Shown: one piece after another, positions 9,767-18,619 of the stretch
Layout of the letters: every line of letters begins with the position of its first letter
How positions within the stretch are numbered: the stretch's first letter is position 1
Source of the DNA: a virus
Taxonomy: Duplodnaviria; Heunggongvirae; Uroviricota; Caudoviricetes
Length of the DNA stretch: 64,000 nucleotides
Direction: 5' to 3' (one strand)
IMG/VR virus record: IMGVR_UViG_3300017971_000191
The notes under the pieces: generated by a model
Database searches by the model: none
Told to the model about the DNA's origin: nothing
What the model saw: only the letters and a program-made list of their open reading frames with translations
Position numbers and translations under genes: made by a program

Positions 9767-10569
9767 ATGTTCCAGGCCCCGTCCAGGTCGGAGGTGTCGA
9801 CCTCCTCGCCGGCATCGAGGGCCTCTTTGATCGCCCTAATGGGCTTCTTGTTCTGGAAATCGTGACCGATCTCCTTCTCCAGGTCCACGTAGATTTGCAG
9901 CAGCTCCGGGTGGGCCTTGCCGGCGATCAGCAGTGCCGCCTTGGGGGCGAACACGCAGAACCGACAGGACAGCCGGGGCATGCCGAGGTCGTAGGCCGGA
10001 TGATGGGGAACACCACTGCCGTGGATGTCGTCCCACACCTCCTGCTCGGGCCACTCGTGGATCGGCAGCCAGTCCCAGACCTCTCGGCTCTTGGTAGAGA
10101 ACCGCTTGTTCTGGGCGAGCTGCTTCCGCTTGGCTCGGGCCGGTGACTCCTCGGCGCGGAACCCGAAGATGTTGAGGATCTTCGTCTTCCCGCCGATCTC
10201 CCGGTGGATCTTCGTGAGGATGCGACCACAAGGGCTTCGCTTGAACTCACTCGTGCAGTAGCGAGTCGTGGAGCTGGGCCACTTCTTCCGGGCACGGACG
10301 TAGTCCAACAGCGTCGGGTGCTGTCCATGCTTGTTGCGATACTGTTCCCAGCAGAAACGGACGCTGTGAAGCTCCGCTTGCTCCTGGGCTAGTTCCTTGG
10401 CTCCAGGCCACTCGGCAAAGCCGAGATCGGCATGGGCCACGGTGATTCTGTCGAGAGGATAGCCCTCGCCACGGGCCTGCTCAACGACGAAGCGGAGGGA
10501 GGTTTGCGAGTCCTTCCCTCCACTCGTGTTGACCATGACCCCGTCGAAACCGGACAGTCGTAAGGACAT
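9763..10569 (-). CDS. PAPS-reductase-family protein (CysH/DndC-like, copy B)
   Basis: VNTSGGKDS PP-loop, RYCTSEFK, GFRAEESPARA, WLPIHEW and HPAYDLGMPRLSCRFC. Confidence 0.88.
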   Translation of the reverse strand: MSLRLSGFDGVMVNTSGGKDSQTSLRFVVEQARGEGYPLDRITVAHADLGFAEWPGAKELAQEQAELHSVRFCWEQYRNKHGQHPTLLDYVRARKKWPSSTTRYCTSEFKRSPCGRILTKIHREIGGKTKILNIFGFRAEESPARAKRKQLAQNKRFSTKSREVWDWLPIHEWPEQEVWDDIHGSGVPHHPAYDLGMPRLSCRFCVFAPKAALLIAGKAHPELLQIYVDLEKEIGHDFQNKKPIRAIKEALDAGEEVDTSDLDGAWNM

Positions 10570-10576
10570 GGGCCTC

Positions 10577-11215
10577 CTACTTCTTTTCTCCCCTGTTACC
10601 GGACTTCCGCCCGGCCTTGAGAAAAACATCACTCACGCGGCAAACAATGCCTCCGTCAGGCTCGATACGAAGCGGGCAGCAACCTCCAAACAAAAACGTG
10701 ATGCCGCCGGAGCTGCTGCTACTCGCGTAGCCGAGCCGGTTCTGCATGAAGATGCTCTCGATGTCACCTTTCAGCCGACCCGAGGGCCAGAGAAAGATCT
10801 GGTCCAACCACAACTGTTCACCAGTGCGCTTGACACGCCATACCGTCCGACGATAGTCCGTCATCTGAGAGGTTACGGGCGCAATCTTTACGCCTGACTG
10901 CTTCACCTCGACCCCAAAAGGCCCGGCTGTCCACCCAGCGTCTATCGCCGACCTGAGCGGTCGGACAATGTAGTCAACTTTTGCATAGACGCCCAAACAG
11001 CCCGGCATGCGATGAGCGAGATAGCCTAATACCTCCCCAGCGTCGACGTCGTACACGTGAAAGGCGTCGGTGGCGCCCATCCTTCGCAGAAACTCTGCCT
11101 TTGCTTCGTCTTCCGTGGAGAATGTCCCACTGGTATAAGTGTAGCCGAACTGCTGTTTTGGATGCCGCCGGTTCACCATCTCTCGTAATCGGCGCAACTC
11201 ATCTTTGTTCATCAA
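10577..11215 (-). CDS. Hypothetical protein
   Basis: 212-aa ORF coupled to thyX. Confidence 0.55.
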   Translation of the reverse strand: MMNKDELRRLREMVNRRHPKQQFGYTYTSGTFSTEDEAKAEFLRRMGATDAFHVYDVDAGEVLGYLAHRMPGCLGVYAKVDYIVRPLRSAIDAGWTAGPFGVEVKQSGVKIAPVTSQMTDYRRTVWRVKRTGEQLWLDQIFLWPSGRLKGDIESIFMQNRLGYASSSSSGGITFLFGGCCPLRIEPDGGIVCRVSDVFLKAGRKSGNRGEKK

Positions 11216-12246
11216 ATAACTCCATCTACAAACTGACCTTCCGCGGCAATCTTGTTCCAGGTCTTGGGTCGCGTCCGAATGTAGAGCGTCAGCTCGTCAT
11301 CGGACATCTCGTCGAGGACCATGTCGGCCGCCTTCTCGTACGGCTGACACTTCATCCCGGAGATCTCCAGGAGACCCTCGACCATCGTCTCCTTGGCCCC
11401 GTGGAAGATGGTCGGGTAGTGCGGCTTGAGCATCTGGTAGATCTGGTTGAAGACCAACCGGATCTCCCACTCCGCCACGCGGTTGGTCCGCATGAGGATC
11501 GTATGCCGCAGCGCCCTCAGGTTCAGCGAGACGGCGATCTCGTTGGCCTGCCCGTTGGGAGCAATCCGTCTAATCGCCGACGTGAGCTTCTTCTTCTGGG
11601 CAAAGGGCATCTTGTCGTTGGGGACCCACTTGGAGTCGTCCTCGCAGCCGGGAGCCGCATGCGCTCGACAGTTGACCCAGTAGTCGGGGGCGTAGGCCCG
11701 CTCCTCCTGCTCCTGCGTAGGCACGCGGAGACCGAGGGCGCACTCGGTGAGGTACACCAGGTCCTCGGTCTTCTGCAAGTGGTGGTCCCACATATCCTTG
11801 ACGGGATCGAGGATCGGGTCCCAGATGATGGGGATGTGATCCAGACGGCAGTAGCGGCCGGAGGTCTGCGAGAAGGCCACACCCACCCTGTGCCTCACCA
11901 GCTCGTGGGTGAAGACCCGCGAGCAGTCGGAGACCACGAAGTTGAACATCACATGCTCGAAGATCGAGCCGTGGCCGGTGTCGAAGCAGTTGGCCAGGTT
12001 GTCGGCGATGTCCCTGGTTCGGGTGACGTTGGCGTTCTGACCCAACGTAAGGGCCTTGTAGCAGAGCTTGGCGAAGATCGAGCAGAGGATCTCCGCCGAC
12101 GACAAGCCGGCTTCGCGGGCCGCCGTCATACTCTTGAGGAAATCCTCGTTCTGGGTGTCAGCCAGGTAGCGCCGCACCTCGGACTCGTTCAGCTCAGGAT
12201 ACCCGAAGAAGTAGGTCTTGGGTGTGACGAAGCGTTCTCTTTTCAT
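11212..12246 (-). CDS. thyX: FAD-dependent thymidylate synthase
   Basis: GHGSIFEH, SRVFTHELVRHR...FSQTSGRY, NLRALRH...R and AEWEIR. Confidence 0.95.
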   Translation of the reverse strand: MKRERFVTPKTYFFGYPELNESEVRRYLADTQNEDFLKSMTAAREAGLSSAEILCSIFAKLCYKALTLGQNANVTRTRDIADNLANCFDTGHGSIFEHVMFNFVVSDCSRVFTHELVRHRVGVAFSQTSGRYCRLDHIPIIWDPILDPVKDMWDHHLQKTEDLVYLTECALGLRVPTQEQEERAYAPDYWVNCRAHAAPGCEDDSKWVPNDKMPFAQKKKLTSAIRRIAPNGQANEIAVSLNLRALRHTILMRTNRVAEWEIRLVFNQIYQMLKPHYPTIFHGAKETMVEGLLEISGMKCQPYEKAADMVLDEMSDDELTLYIRTRPKTWNKIAAEGQFVDGVI

Positions 12247-13178
12247 GTGTCATCCTTCAAAGCTAGGGCGTCCGTGCAGGCCACGCAGAGCTTTCCCGGG
12301 GCCGCCGGATTGTGCCAGGTTTCTTTCTTGCAGCCGGGACATTCCCGCCGCTGGTAGTCGTAAGGGTGGACGGCTGCCGGGCAGTTCTCGTAGCCCACCC
12401 AACAGTCCAAGCAGGGATAGTCCTCGTCGTACCCTTCAGGGCACTCGAAGATGTTCTTCTGCCTCGCACGTCGCTTGTGCTGGAGACGATTGTGGGTGGT
12501 CATCGCCGACGAGAAGGCCACCTCACGAAAGTCGGGCTCCTCGATGCTCCGCTCCTTCTCCACGAGAACCAGGCAGCGGAGCGTCGTGAAGAGCTTGGGG
12601 TCCTCGAACGGCGAGGCGGACGGAGTAGCGCCAATCACGGCCCGTGTGGGCCTGGTGAAAGCGAAGCCGTTGCCCTGCTTGTCCCGATGGTAGGCCAGGT
12701 AGTAGCTTTTCCGCTTGGACCACCACTGCCTGGCGGTGTGGCCGGCTGGCGTGCCTGCGAGGATCTCGAAGGCCAAATCGTGACCCACCTCGCGGCCCTT
12801 CTTGCCGCCCTTCTTGAGCCGCACCCAGGAGACCTGAGCTGGAACCCACTCGTCGAAATGCTGTTTCCGCCAGACCGGCACGACATGGCTGCGAAGCCGC
12901 TCCACGTTGCCGGCCAGACGACAAGCCACTTCCCAGAGCACGCCCACGGTGAGCAGATTCCCCGCCAGGGAAGTCAGGCTCTCGTAGACAGGCTCCCGGT
13001 CCATCTTGCCAGGCAAGTCGTGGTGGACGAGGTCGACCAGTCGCTCGAACTCATTCCCTTTGACCCTCTGGCCCCGGAAACCTCGGAGGGTCGTCATCAG
13101 GCGGCTCCGCAGCTTGTAGATCGTCGGAACCGAGTAGCGCAGGGCTACACGATAAGTCGCCTTCGCATCCGGCGGCAT
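12243..13178 (-). CDS. Hypothetical protein with C-terminal Cys-rich (Zn) domain
   Basis: CLDC, CPGC and CVAC motifs; start MPPDAK. Confidence 0.6.
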   Translation of the reverse strand: MPPDAKATYRVALRYSVPTIYKLRSRLMTTLRGFRGQRVKGNEFERLVDLVHHDLPGKMDREPVYESLTSLAGNLLTVGVLWEVACRLAGNVERLRSHVVPVWRKQHFDEWVPAQVSWVRLKKGGKKGREVGHDLAFEILAGTPAGHTARQWWSKRKSYYLAYHRDKQGNGFAFTRPTRAVIGATPSASPFEDPKLFTTLRCLVLVEKERSIEEPDFREVAFSSAMTTHNRLQHKRRARQKNIFECPEGYDEDYPCLDCWVGYENCPAAVHPYDYQRRECPGCKKETWHNPAAPGKLCVACTDALALKDDT

Positions 13179-13680
13179 CGCCTTCCTCCGCCTCTCTTTG
13201 CAAGTCTTCCAGGGTGATATGGTCGATGAAACCGGCCTCGTCACCTGTCGGCGCAACCCACCGCACCACCTCGTTCGTGCCCGTCCGGACGTAGACGTAG
13301 ACGACATGTCCCTTTGCGTCCGTGTAGGTGTCGAAGAGATGATAGCCGGGGAAGACAAGTCCCCCGGGGATGAGGCGTGCCATCTCGTCGATAAGAGCCC
13401 GCAGCTCGTCCCAGTTTCCGCCGGCCGTGAAGTAGCGGCAGACAGCCTCGGCAAGCACGCGGGCCCGGCTTCGGCGTCCGAGATCCGCGGCGGTCGGGTG
13501 GTCCGCCCGCCAGATCTCGACGGCTTTACTTTCCTCGGGGCCGCCATATTTGAGATGGCCCCGTTCCCGCCAGCCAAGCCAAATGCTTGCCTCGATCTGG
13601 CCCAGCTCGTGGAGGAACACGGTGAACCCGTCGTCCGGGTCTAACTGATCGAAGTCAAATACTTCAGACTTCGAGCACAT
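13051..13680 (-). CDS. Hypothetical protein
   Basis: Start MCSKSEV; ORF tiling. Confidence 0.5.
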   Translation of the reverse strand: MCSKSEVFDFDQLDPDDGFTVFLHELGQIEASIWLGWRERGHLKYGGPEESKAVEIWRADHPTAADLGRRSRARVLAEAVCRYFTAGGNWDELRALIDEMARLIPGGLVFPGYHLFDTYTDAKGHVVYVYVRTGTNEVVRWVAPTGDEAGFIDHITLEDLQREAEEGDAAGCEGDLSCSPALLGSDDLQAAEPPDDDPPRFPGPEGQRE

Positions 13681-13682
13681 GG

Positions 13683-14168
13683 CTATTCCTCGTCGTCTTC
13701 TTCCTCCTCCAGCTCGTCCTCGTCGTCTTCCTCGAAATCCTGCTCTTCCTCGTAGTCTTCCTGGCCCTGCTGGGCGTCGGCCTGGGCCTGCATCGCCTGA
13801 TCGACGAGCTGGATGGCCGTGGCAGCGGCAGTCTGGATACGAACGAGAGCTTCTCGCATCTCCCCGGCGTGGAGGTTGCACAGGGGAGAGACAATATACG
13901 ACAGGTACTCGGGCGGGACCTTGCGCAGATCCGCCTCGACCTCGACGGCCTTGCTGCCGCCAGAGGCGCTGTAGCGAAGGATCGGCATGCCAATCTTCCG
14001 CCGGACCTTCTTCATTGTGCCCTGCGATTGCCCGAGGGCTGTGGTCAAATGGTGGTAACCGGCTGCTGCTCGCTTGCCGATATGATGCTCGTCCTCGATG
14101 ACGTCGAAGAAGTCGATGACGTCGCGAGGCTTCTTCTTCGGGGGCGTGGGCGGTGTTCCGGTGCTCAT
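13683..14168 (-). CDS. Hypothetical protein with acidic tail
   Basis: 161 aa, D/E-rich C-terminus, GGAG RBS. Confidence 0.65.
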   Translation of the reverse strand: MSTGTPPTPPKKKPRDVIDFFDVIEDEHHIGKRAAAGYHHLTTALGQSQGTMKKVRRKIGMPILRYSASGGSKAVEVEADLRKVPPEYLSYIVSPLCNLHAGEMREALVRIQTAAATAIQLVDQAMQAQADAQQGQEDYEEEQDFEEDDEDELEEEEDDEE

Positions 14169-14170
14169 GG

Positions 14171-14608
14171 TTACTCCTTCGTCTGGAGGGTCAGGCCGAG
14201 ATAGAACCGGAAGGCGTCGTCCTCCAGCTCGTGGATCTCATGGCCGATGATGAGATGGCAAATCAGGATCTTGTCCAGTTGCCGATGTAGCTTAAACGCC
14301 TGCTGGACTAGCATCCCGCACTGGAACGCCAGGCCGACAATATGAGAAGCCGCCTTGCTGGCGGTCCGGTACGCGAAGATCGGAACCCGCACGTACTGGT
14401 CCTTGTCAACCAGGGACCACTCGATGTTGCCCTCAAGCAGGGACGTGGTGGGCGTCCAAAAGGTACCCTTGCGGGCGACCTCCGAAGCATTGAACAAGCC
14501 TCCCTTGGGCTTGTCGCCATGCAGCAGCGGCCGTTCCAGAAGGAACACGGGCTGCTCTTGCCGTTCCAGGTGGTCGTTGACGTCGATGAACTGGGGTCGG
14601 TACTGCAC
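14171..14608 (-). CDS. Hypothetical protein
   Basis: 145-aa ORF. Confidence 0.6.
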   Translation of the reverse strand: MQYRPQFIDVNDHLERQEQPVFLLERPLLHGDKPKGGLFNASEVARKGTFWTPTTSLLEGNIEWSLVDKDQYVRVPIFAYRTASKAASHIVGLAFQCGMLVQQAFKLHRQLDKILICHLIIGHEIHELEDDAFRFYLGLTLQTKE

Positions 14609-14617
14609 GGCTGGTCC

Positions 14618-15433
14618 TCACTCGAACCTGTGAATCTGGCACGAAAAGTTGTGCCTGGACAGATCGGGATGCTCTGGTGGGCCATTCTGCCACACGTAGT
14701 GCTCGCCGACTACCCCTATCCCTCGTCTTCCTTTCCGGCCACCCTCGTTGATGTGGACGACGCCCGCCGGGTCCGGCCGCTTCTTCCGACTGCAAGACTC
14801 GCAGTGGCAGAAGCAGCGGCTGAACGGCTTGAGGATGCCATGCTGCTGGCGGAGCAGCTCTCCCAGCATGGAGTCTCCCCCGTTGTGGTAGATGTCCGGG
14901 AAAGGATAGTCGTGCTCGGTGAGGAAGTCCGACTTGGCCACCCACCAGGCTCCAGTGGCGAAACGGAAGGTATGCTTCGGCCCGACAGGCTCCTGGTTGT
15001 ACCAGGGCTGGGCCATGACGCCCTCGAACTGCCGTCCTCGTTGACGGATGATGTGGATCGCACCGGTCATCGTCGCCGTGACCATGGACCGCTGCACTTC
15101 CTCCCACCAGTCCTGGGCGATGAACTTGTCCAGCCAGGAGTCGTCATCCAGCCACATCGTCAGCGGAGCCAGAGTGCGCTCCTCGTAGAACATCCGCCGC
15201 ATGAGAGGATACTTCCCCACGTTGTGCGACGGCTCATAGACATAGCAGGGCACAGGCTGCCCGGGCGCGAAGGACTCAAAGAGCCAGTCGCGCGTCTCCG
15301 AGCACACCTTGTTGATCCCTACTCGGATGTCCTGCACCACGCCGGGCTTGTAGCCCCGGATGGAGCTGAGCACCCGCTTGGCGAACTTCGGGAAGTCGCC
15401 ATAGAGAAGCACGTTGACCGAGATCACGGCCAT
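14618..15433 (-). CDS. GT-A fold glycosyltransferase (GT2-like)
   Basis: N-terminal beta strand, HNVGKY, MWLDDDS (DxD) and GGDSMLG. Confidence 0.7.
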   Translation of the reverse strand: MAVISVNVLLYGDFPKFAKRVLSSIRGYKPGVVQDIRVGINKVCSETRDWLFESFAPGQPVPCYVYEPSHNVGKYPLMRRMFYEERTLAPLTMWLDDDSWLDKFIAQDWWEEVQRSMVTATMTGAIHIIRQRGRQFEGVMAQPWYNQEPVGPKHTFRFATGAWWVAKSDFLTEHDYPFPDIYHNGGDSMLGELLRQQHGILKPFSRCFCHCESCSRKKRPDPAGVVHINEGGRKGRRGIGVVGEHYVWQNGPPEHPDLSRHNFSCQIHRFE

Positions 15434-15456
15434 CCTCCATGACACGGGGACCTAGC

Positions 15457-16383
15457 TTAGACCCGGGACGGCCGCTTCTTCTTCTTGGCCGGCTTACTCG
15501 CAACCTTCTTGGTGCCTTTTTTGGTCGCGGCCGTTTTACGACCGGTACCCTTTTTGGCCGTGGTCTTCTTCTTGGCCGTCTTACGGGGCGGAGTCTGCCC
15601 TGCCGGCTCAGCTTCGGCCTCGCCGTCGCCGCCCCCGAGGATCTTGTTGAGACGCTCGGCCACCGGCCCCATCAGCAGCAACGTACCCTGGCCGTCTTTG
15701 ACTACCCGGGTGAGCTGTTCACGAGCCTCCTGGAACTTGCCGACCAGCTTGACGTTGACCTGGTCGGGAGCGACCTCCAGCAACGGCTCGAAGACGCTGT
15801 CGTTGACGATCGACAAGTAGTTGCCCAACTGCTGGGCCTGTCCGTAGAGCTTCTGGAGACCGGCAGCCGGGGTCTTCGGCTGCTGCGGCTTGCGCCCGCT
15901 GCTGCGGGTGTTGCGGGTCTCGACACACGCCTTGATCTCGGCTTCCAACTGCTTGGACGAGAGGCACTCGTTGCGGACACGGTTGAAGAGCTTCCGCTGC
16001 TCTTTCTTCGACTTCACCTTGCAGATCGCCAGGAAGTGGCCGGTCTCCAGGGCCTGGCCGTCTTCCCGCAGCTTGACGACCTCGGCCTTGACCGATTCCC
16101 GGGTGAACTCGGTGGCAAAACCGCGGAGGGCGTACAGTGCCGTCGTGCCGCCGTTGTTCTGGAGGTAGTCGGCCAACTGCTCGACGGCCTTGGCCCCGTA
16201 GGTGGGCTCGTCGTCGATCACTCGTTTGACCATGGCACCGATGTCGTAAGCAATCAGCACCAAACCCTGCCGGCCCGTGGCCAGCTTCTTCTCAACACTC
16301 TTGGCGACCTTCTGAAGCTCGGGGGTCATCGCCTTGAGCAGTCCCTCGCGCTTTGCTACTTGAGGAACGGGTTCATTCGCCAT
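15457..16383 (-). CDS. Hypothetical DNA-binding protein with Lys-rich histone-like tail
   Basis: C-terminal KTAKKKTTAKKGTGRKTAATKKGTKK. Confidence 0.65.
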   Translation of the reverse strand: MANEPVPQVAKREGLLKAMTPELQKVAKSVEKKLATGRQGLVLIAYDIGAMVKRVIDDEPTYGAKAVEQLADYLQNNGGTTALYALRGFATEFTRESVKAEVVKLREDGQALETGHFLAICKVKSKKEQRKLFNRVRNECLSSKQLEAEIKACVETRNTRSSGRKPQQPKTPAAGLQKLYGQAQQLGNYLSIVNDSVFEPLLEVAPDQVNVKLVGKFQEAREQLTRVVKDGQGTLLLMGPVAERLNKILGGGDGEAEAEPAGQTPPRKTAKKKTTAKKGTGRKTAATKKGTKKVASKPAKKKKRPSRV

Positions 16384-16414
16384 CGAAAACTACTCCTTCT
16401 GTCTGGGGACAGAT

Positions 16415-16432
16415 CTCAAAAGCGGTTTTGAG
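16415..16432. repeat. Intergenic palindromic element, copy 2 (CTCAAAAGCGGTTTTGAG, inverted core)
   Basis: Immediately after the stop codon at 16435-16437. Confidence 0.9.
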
Positions 16433-16434
16433 GT

Positions 16435-17013
16435 CTAGTCCAGTTTCCAGCCGTGGCCGCGTCGATAGATGTGGTCGACGAAGCCGGCATACGGCTGAAC
16501 AATGAGGTCTACTGGCTTTCGGCCCCCACCATGATACACGTGGCAGCTCGATTGTGGAGGCACGAAAGTGTGAAAATCGCCGTTGTGGACGACGAGGCCC
16601 TGGCGAAATCCCTTGCGGGGGAACACCAGGGCCACCGGTTTGACATTGGCCAGCTTGCCCAGGGAGGCATGCAGCTCCTCGTATGCCGGAATGAACGGCA
16701 GGCGGAGGAATGTCTTCAGCCACACGGGGAAGACGGCCTTGTTGTACTGGTGCAGCGGGGGGATGCCTTGTAGCTTGTCACCCCCCAGCCACACAGGAAA
16801 CGTCGAGAACTCCTCGTTGAAGGCCCGGAACGACACGAAGGGCTGGCTGGTACGATCGCGATGTTCGCGGACGAAATCCCGCTTCCGATCCCCCAGCCCC
16901 GCCCGTGTCATCGTGAACAGAACCAGGCGGCTTTCCCACTCTTGAGCCTCGCGTTCGCGGACAGCGTCGATGCTGCCCTCGTTTAGGATACTGAAGGGGT
17001 TTCGCTTGTTCAT
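16435..17013 (-). CDS. Hypothetical protein
   Basis: 192 aa; ATGA overlap with the RecA-like gene. Confidence 0.6.
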   Translation of the reverse strand: MNKRNPFSILNEGSIDAVREREAQEWESRLVLFTMTRAGLGDRKRDFVREHRDRTSQPFVSFRAFNEEFSTFPVWLGGDKLQGIPPLHQYNKAVFPVWLKTFLRLPFIPAYEELHASLGKLANVKPVALVFPRKGFRQGLVVHNGDFHTFVPPQSSCHVYHGGGRKPVDLIVQPYAGFVDHIYRRGHGWKLD

Positions 17014-18557
17014 ACTAGCTCGTCTCGCAACCCGTCGAGCTGTTCGAGGAAGTCTCCCTTCATCATGGCTCGACGCTTAATGCCCAGCGCCGTTCGCAGC
17101 GTCTCCACCAGCTCGTGATCCTCGCGGATCATGGCGCCAACGGTATGGAACTCCTCCCAGTCATCCTTACCCATCCCGACGTTGCGGCACTGTGCCATAC
17201 ACTCCACGTCAGCCTTAGGCGATCTGACCTTCAGTTGGAAGCCGGCTTCCTTGAGACGATCCTTGAACTTGCCAGGCAGGTTGATCAGCGTGGTGATCGT
17301 TGACCAGTCCCAGTCCCAGACAGTCTTCTGCCGGTAGGGCTCGTCCGGGTCTCCGGTCTCCTCGTCCCACCACAGCATCCGCGTGAAGATGTCCCGGCCT
17401 GTTTCGCCGAAGGAGTTCTTCACGCAGGTAATACGGATGCCGCGGCCGTCAAAATCTGCCGTGCTGATCTTACTCTTCCAGACGCCCATTTCAAGCTCGA
17501 AGGACTCCTGGAAGTTGACGAAGTCCCCGCCCGGCTTCCGCTTCTTTGTTTGCTGGGTCTCCCGGTCGATGCCTTCCTTGAGATGGTTGACCAGGACCAG
17601 GGAGAACGGCCAGTTGTCGATCTTGCCAGCCGTGGCACGGAAGTATTCCGTGTTGAGCAAGGCCTCGATGGGGAAGTCGCGACCAGCCGAGCCGGCCTTG
17701 GCGATCTTCTCCATCTTCTCCAAGGCAGCCTTCGCCATGATGGAGTCGACGCCGAAACAAACTGGAATGGTGCGACCCGGGCCAGGTTCCTCCTGGGTAC
17801 CGATCATCCGCCTCTTCTGGAGATCCAGGAAGAAACTCAGCTTCTCCTGCCAGTCGTCCAAAGACGTGCAACGATTCAAGATGATCGGGCACTCATCCAT
17901 GGTGTAACCCATGATGGACGAGCACAAATCAGGAGAGAACCGCGTCTCCACCTCTTGCAAGATGGCGCCGCCGTTGAACTTGGCAAACCAACGAAAGATC
18001 TCGTACAGGAAGGCGGACTTACAAGTGCCCCATCGCCCGCAGAGCACAGCTACCAGCGAGAGAGGCCAGACATCTTGGAGCGTCAGCCATTCCAGGGCTA
18101 GAGAGGGAAAGGGGATACCAATCACCAGCCGATTCGACTCGTTACCGGCCAGTACGGCGCTGTGGCCGAACTCCTTCTTTCCCTCCTCGGCGAGGCTGCG
18201 GAAGTAGGCGTCCCGCTTTTTGCCCCGCTGAGCGCCTTTCCACTCCTCCAGGGTCTTCTTGGCCTTCTTGGTCAGCCGCCTCTTCTTCTGGCCGGGCTCC
18301 AGGGCGTCGTAGTCGTGCACCCTACGCTTGGCCTTCTTGCGGCGGACAACCTCCGGCTGATCGTGTGCCTCATCCATGATTACCTCGTCCTGGGGCGTCT
18401 TCCTGCGACCCTGCGGCTTCTTCTTGGCGGTCTTCTTGCGGGGCGTAGCAGCCTTGCCAGCCGGCGCACTGGTATCGAACTCGGTTACCGAGTCGTCACC
18501 GATCGAGGTGACATCTGACTTCCGCTTGAAAGTCCGATTGCTTCGTTTCTTAGCCAT
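17010..18557 (-). CDS. RecA/UvsX-like recombinase with long basic N-terminal extension
   Basis: Walker A GRWGTCKS, EVE, Walker B FGVDSI, LVLVNHLKE, PGG and VKNS. Confidence 0.82.
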   Translation of the reverse strand: MAKKRSNRTFKRKSDVTSIGDDSVTEFDTSAPAGKAATPRKKTAKKKPQGRRKTPQDEVIMDEAHDQPEVVRRKKAKRRVHDYDALEPGQKKRRLTKKAKKTLEEWKGAQRGKKRDAYFRSLAEEGKKEFGHSAVLAGNESNRLVIGIPFPSLALEWLTLQDVWPLSLVAVLCGRWGTCKSAFLYEIFRWFAKFNGGAILQEVETRFSPDLCSSIMGYTMDECPIILNRCTSLDDWQEKLSFFLDLQKRRMIGTQEEPGPGRTIPVCFGVDSIMAKAALEKMEKIAKAGSAGRDFPIEALLNTEYFRATAGKIDNWPFSLVLVNHLKEGIDRETQQTKKRKPGGDFVNFQESFELEMGVWKSKISTADFDGRGIRITCVKNSFGETGRDIFTRMLWWDEETGDPDEPYRQKTVWDWDWSTITTLINLPGKFKDRLKEAGFQLKVRSPKADVECMAQCRNVGMGKDDWEEFHTVGAMIREDHELVETLRTALGIKRRAMMKGDFLEQLDGLRDELV

Positions 18558-18575
18558 AAGCTCTCCAGGGAGGGA

Positions 18576-18604
18576 GGGGGCCGGCCGATACGCGGCCGAC
18601 CCCC
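18576..18604 (-). terminator. GC-rich stem-loop between the SSB-like and RecA-like genes
   Basis: gggggccggccg-atacg-cggccgaccccc; no U-tract, so function is uncertain. Confidence 0.4.
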
Positions 18605-18619
18605 AGGTCTCCTACCCTC

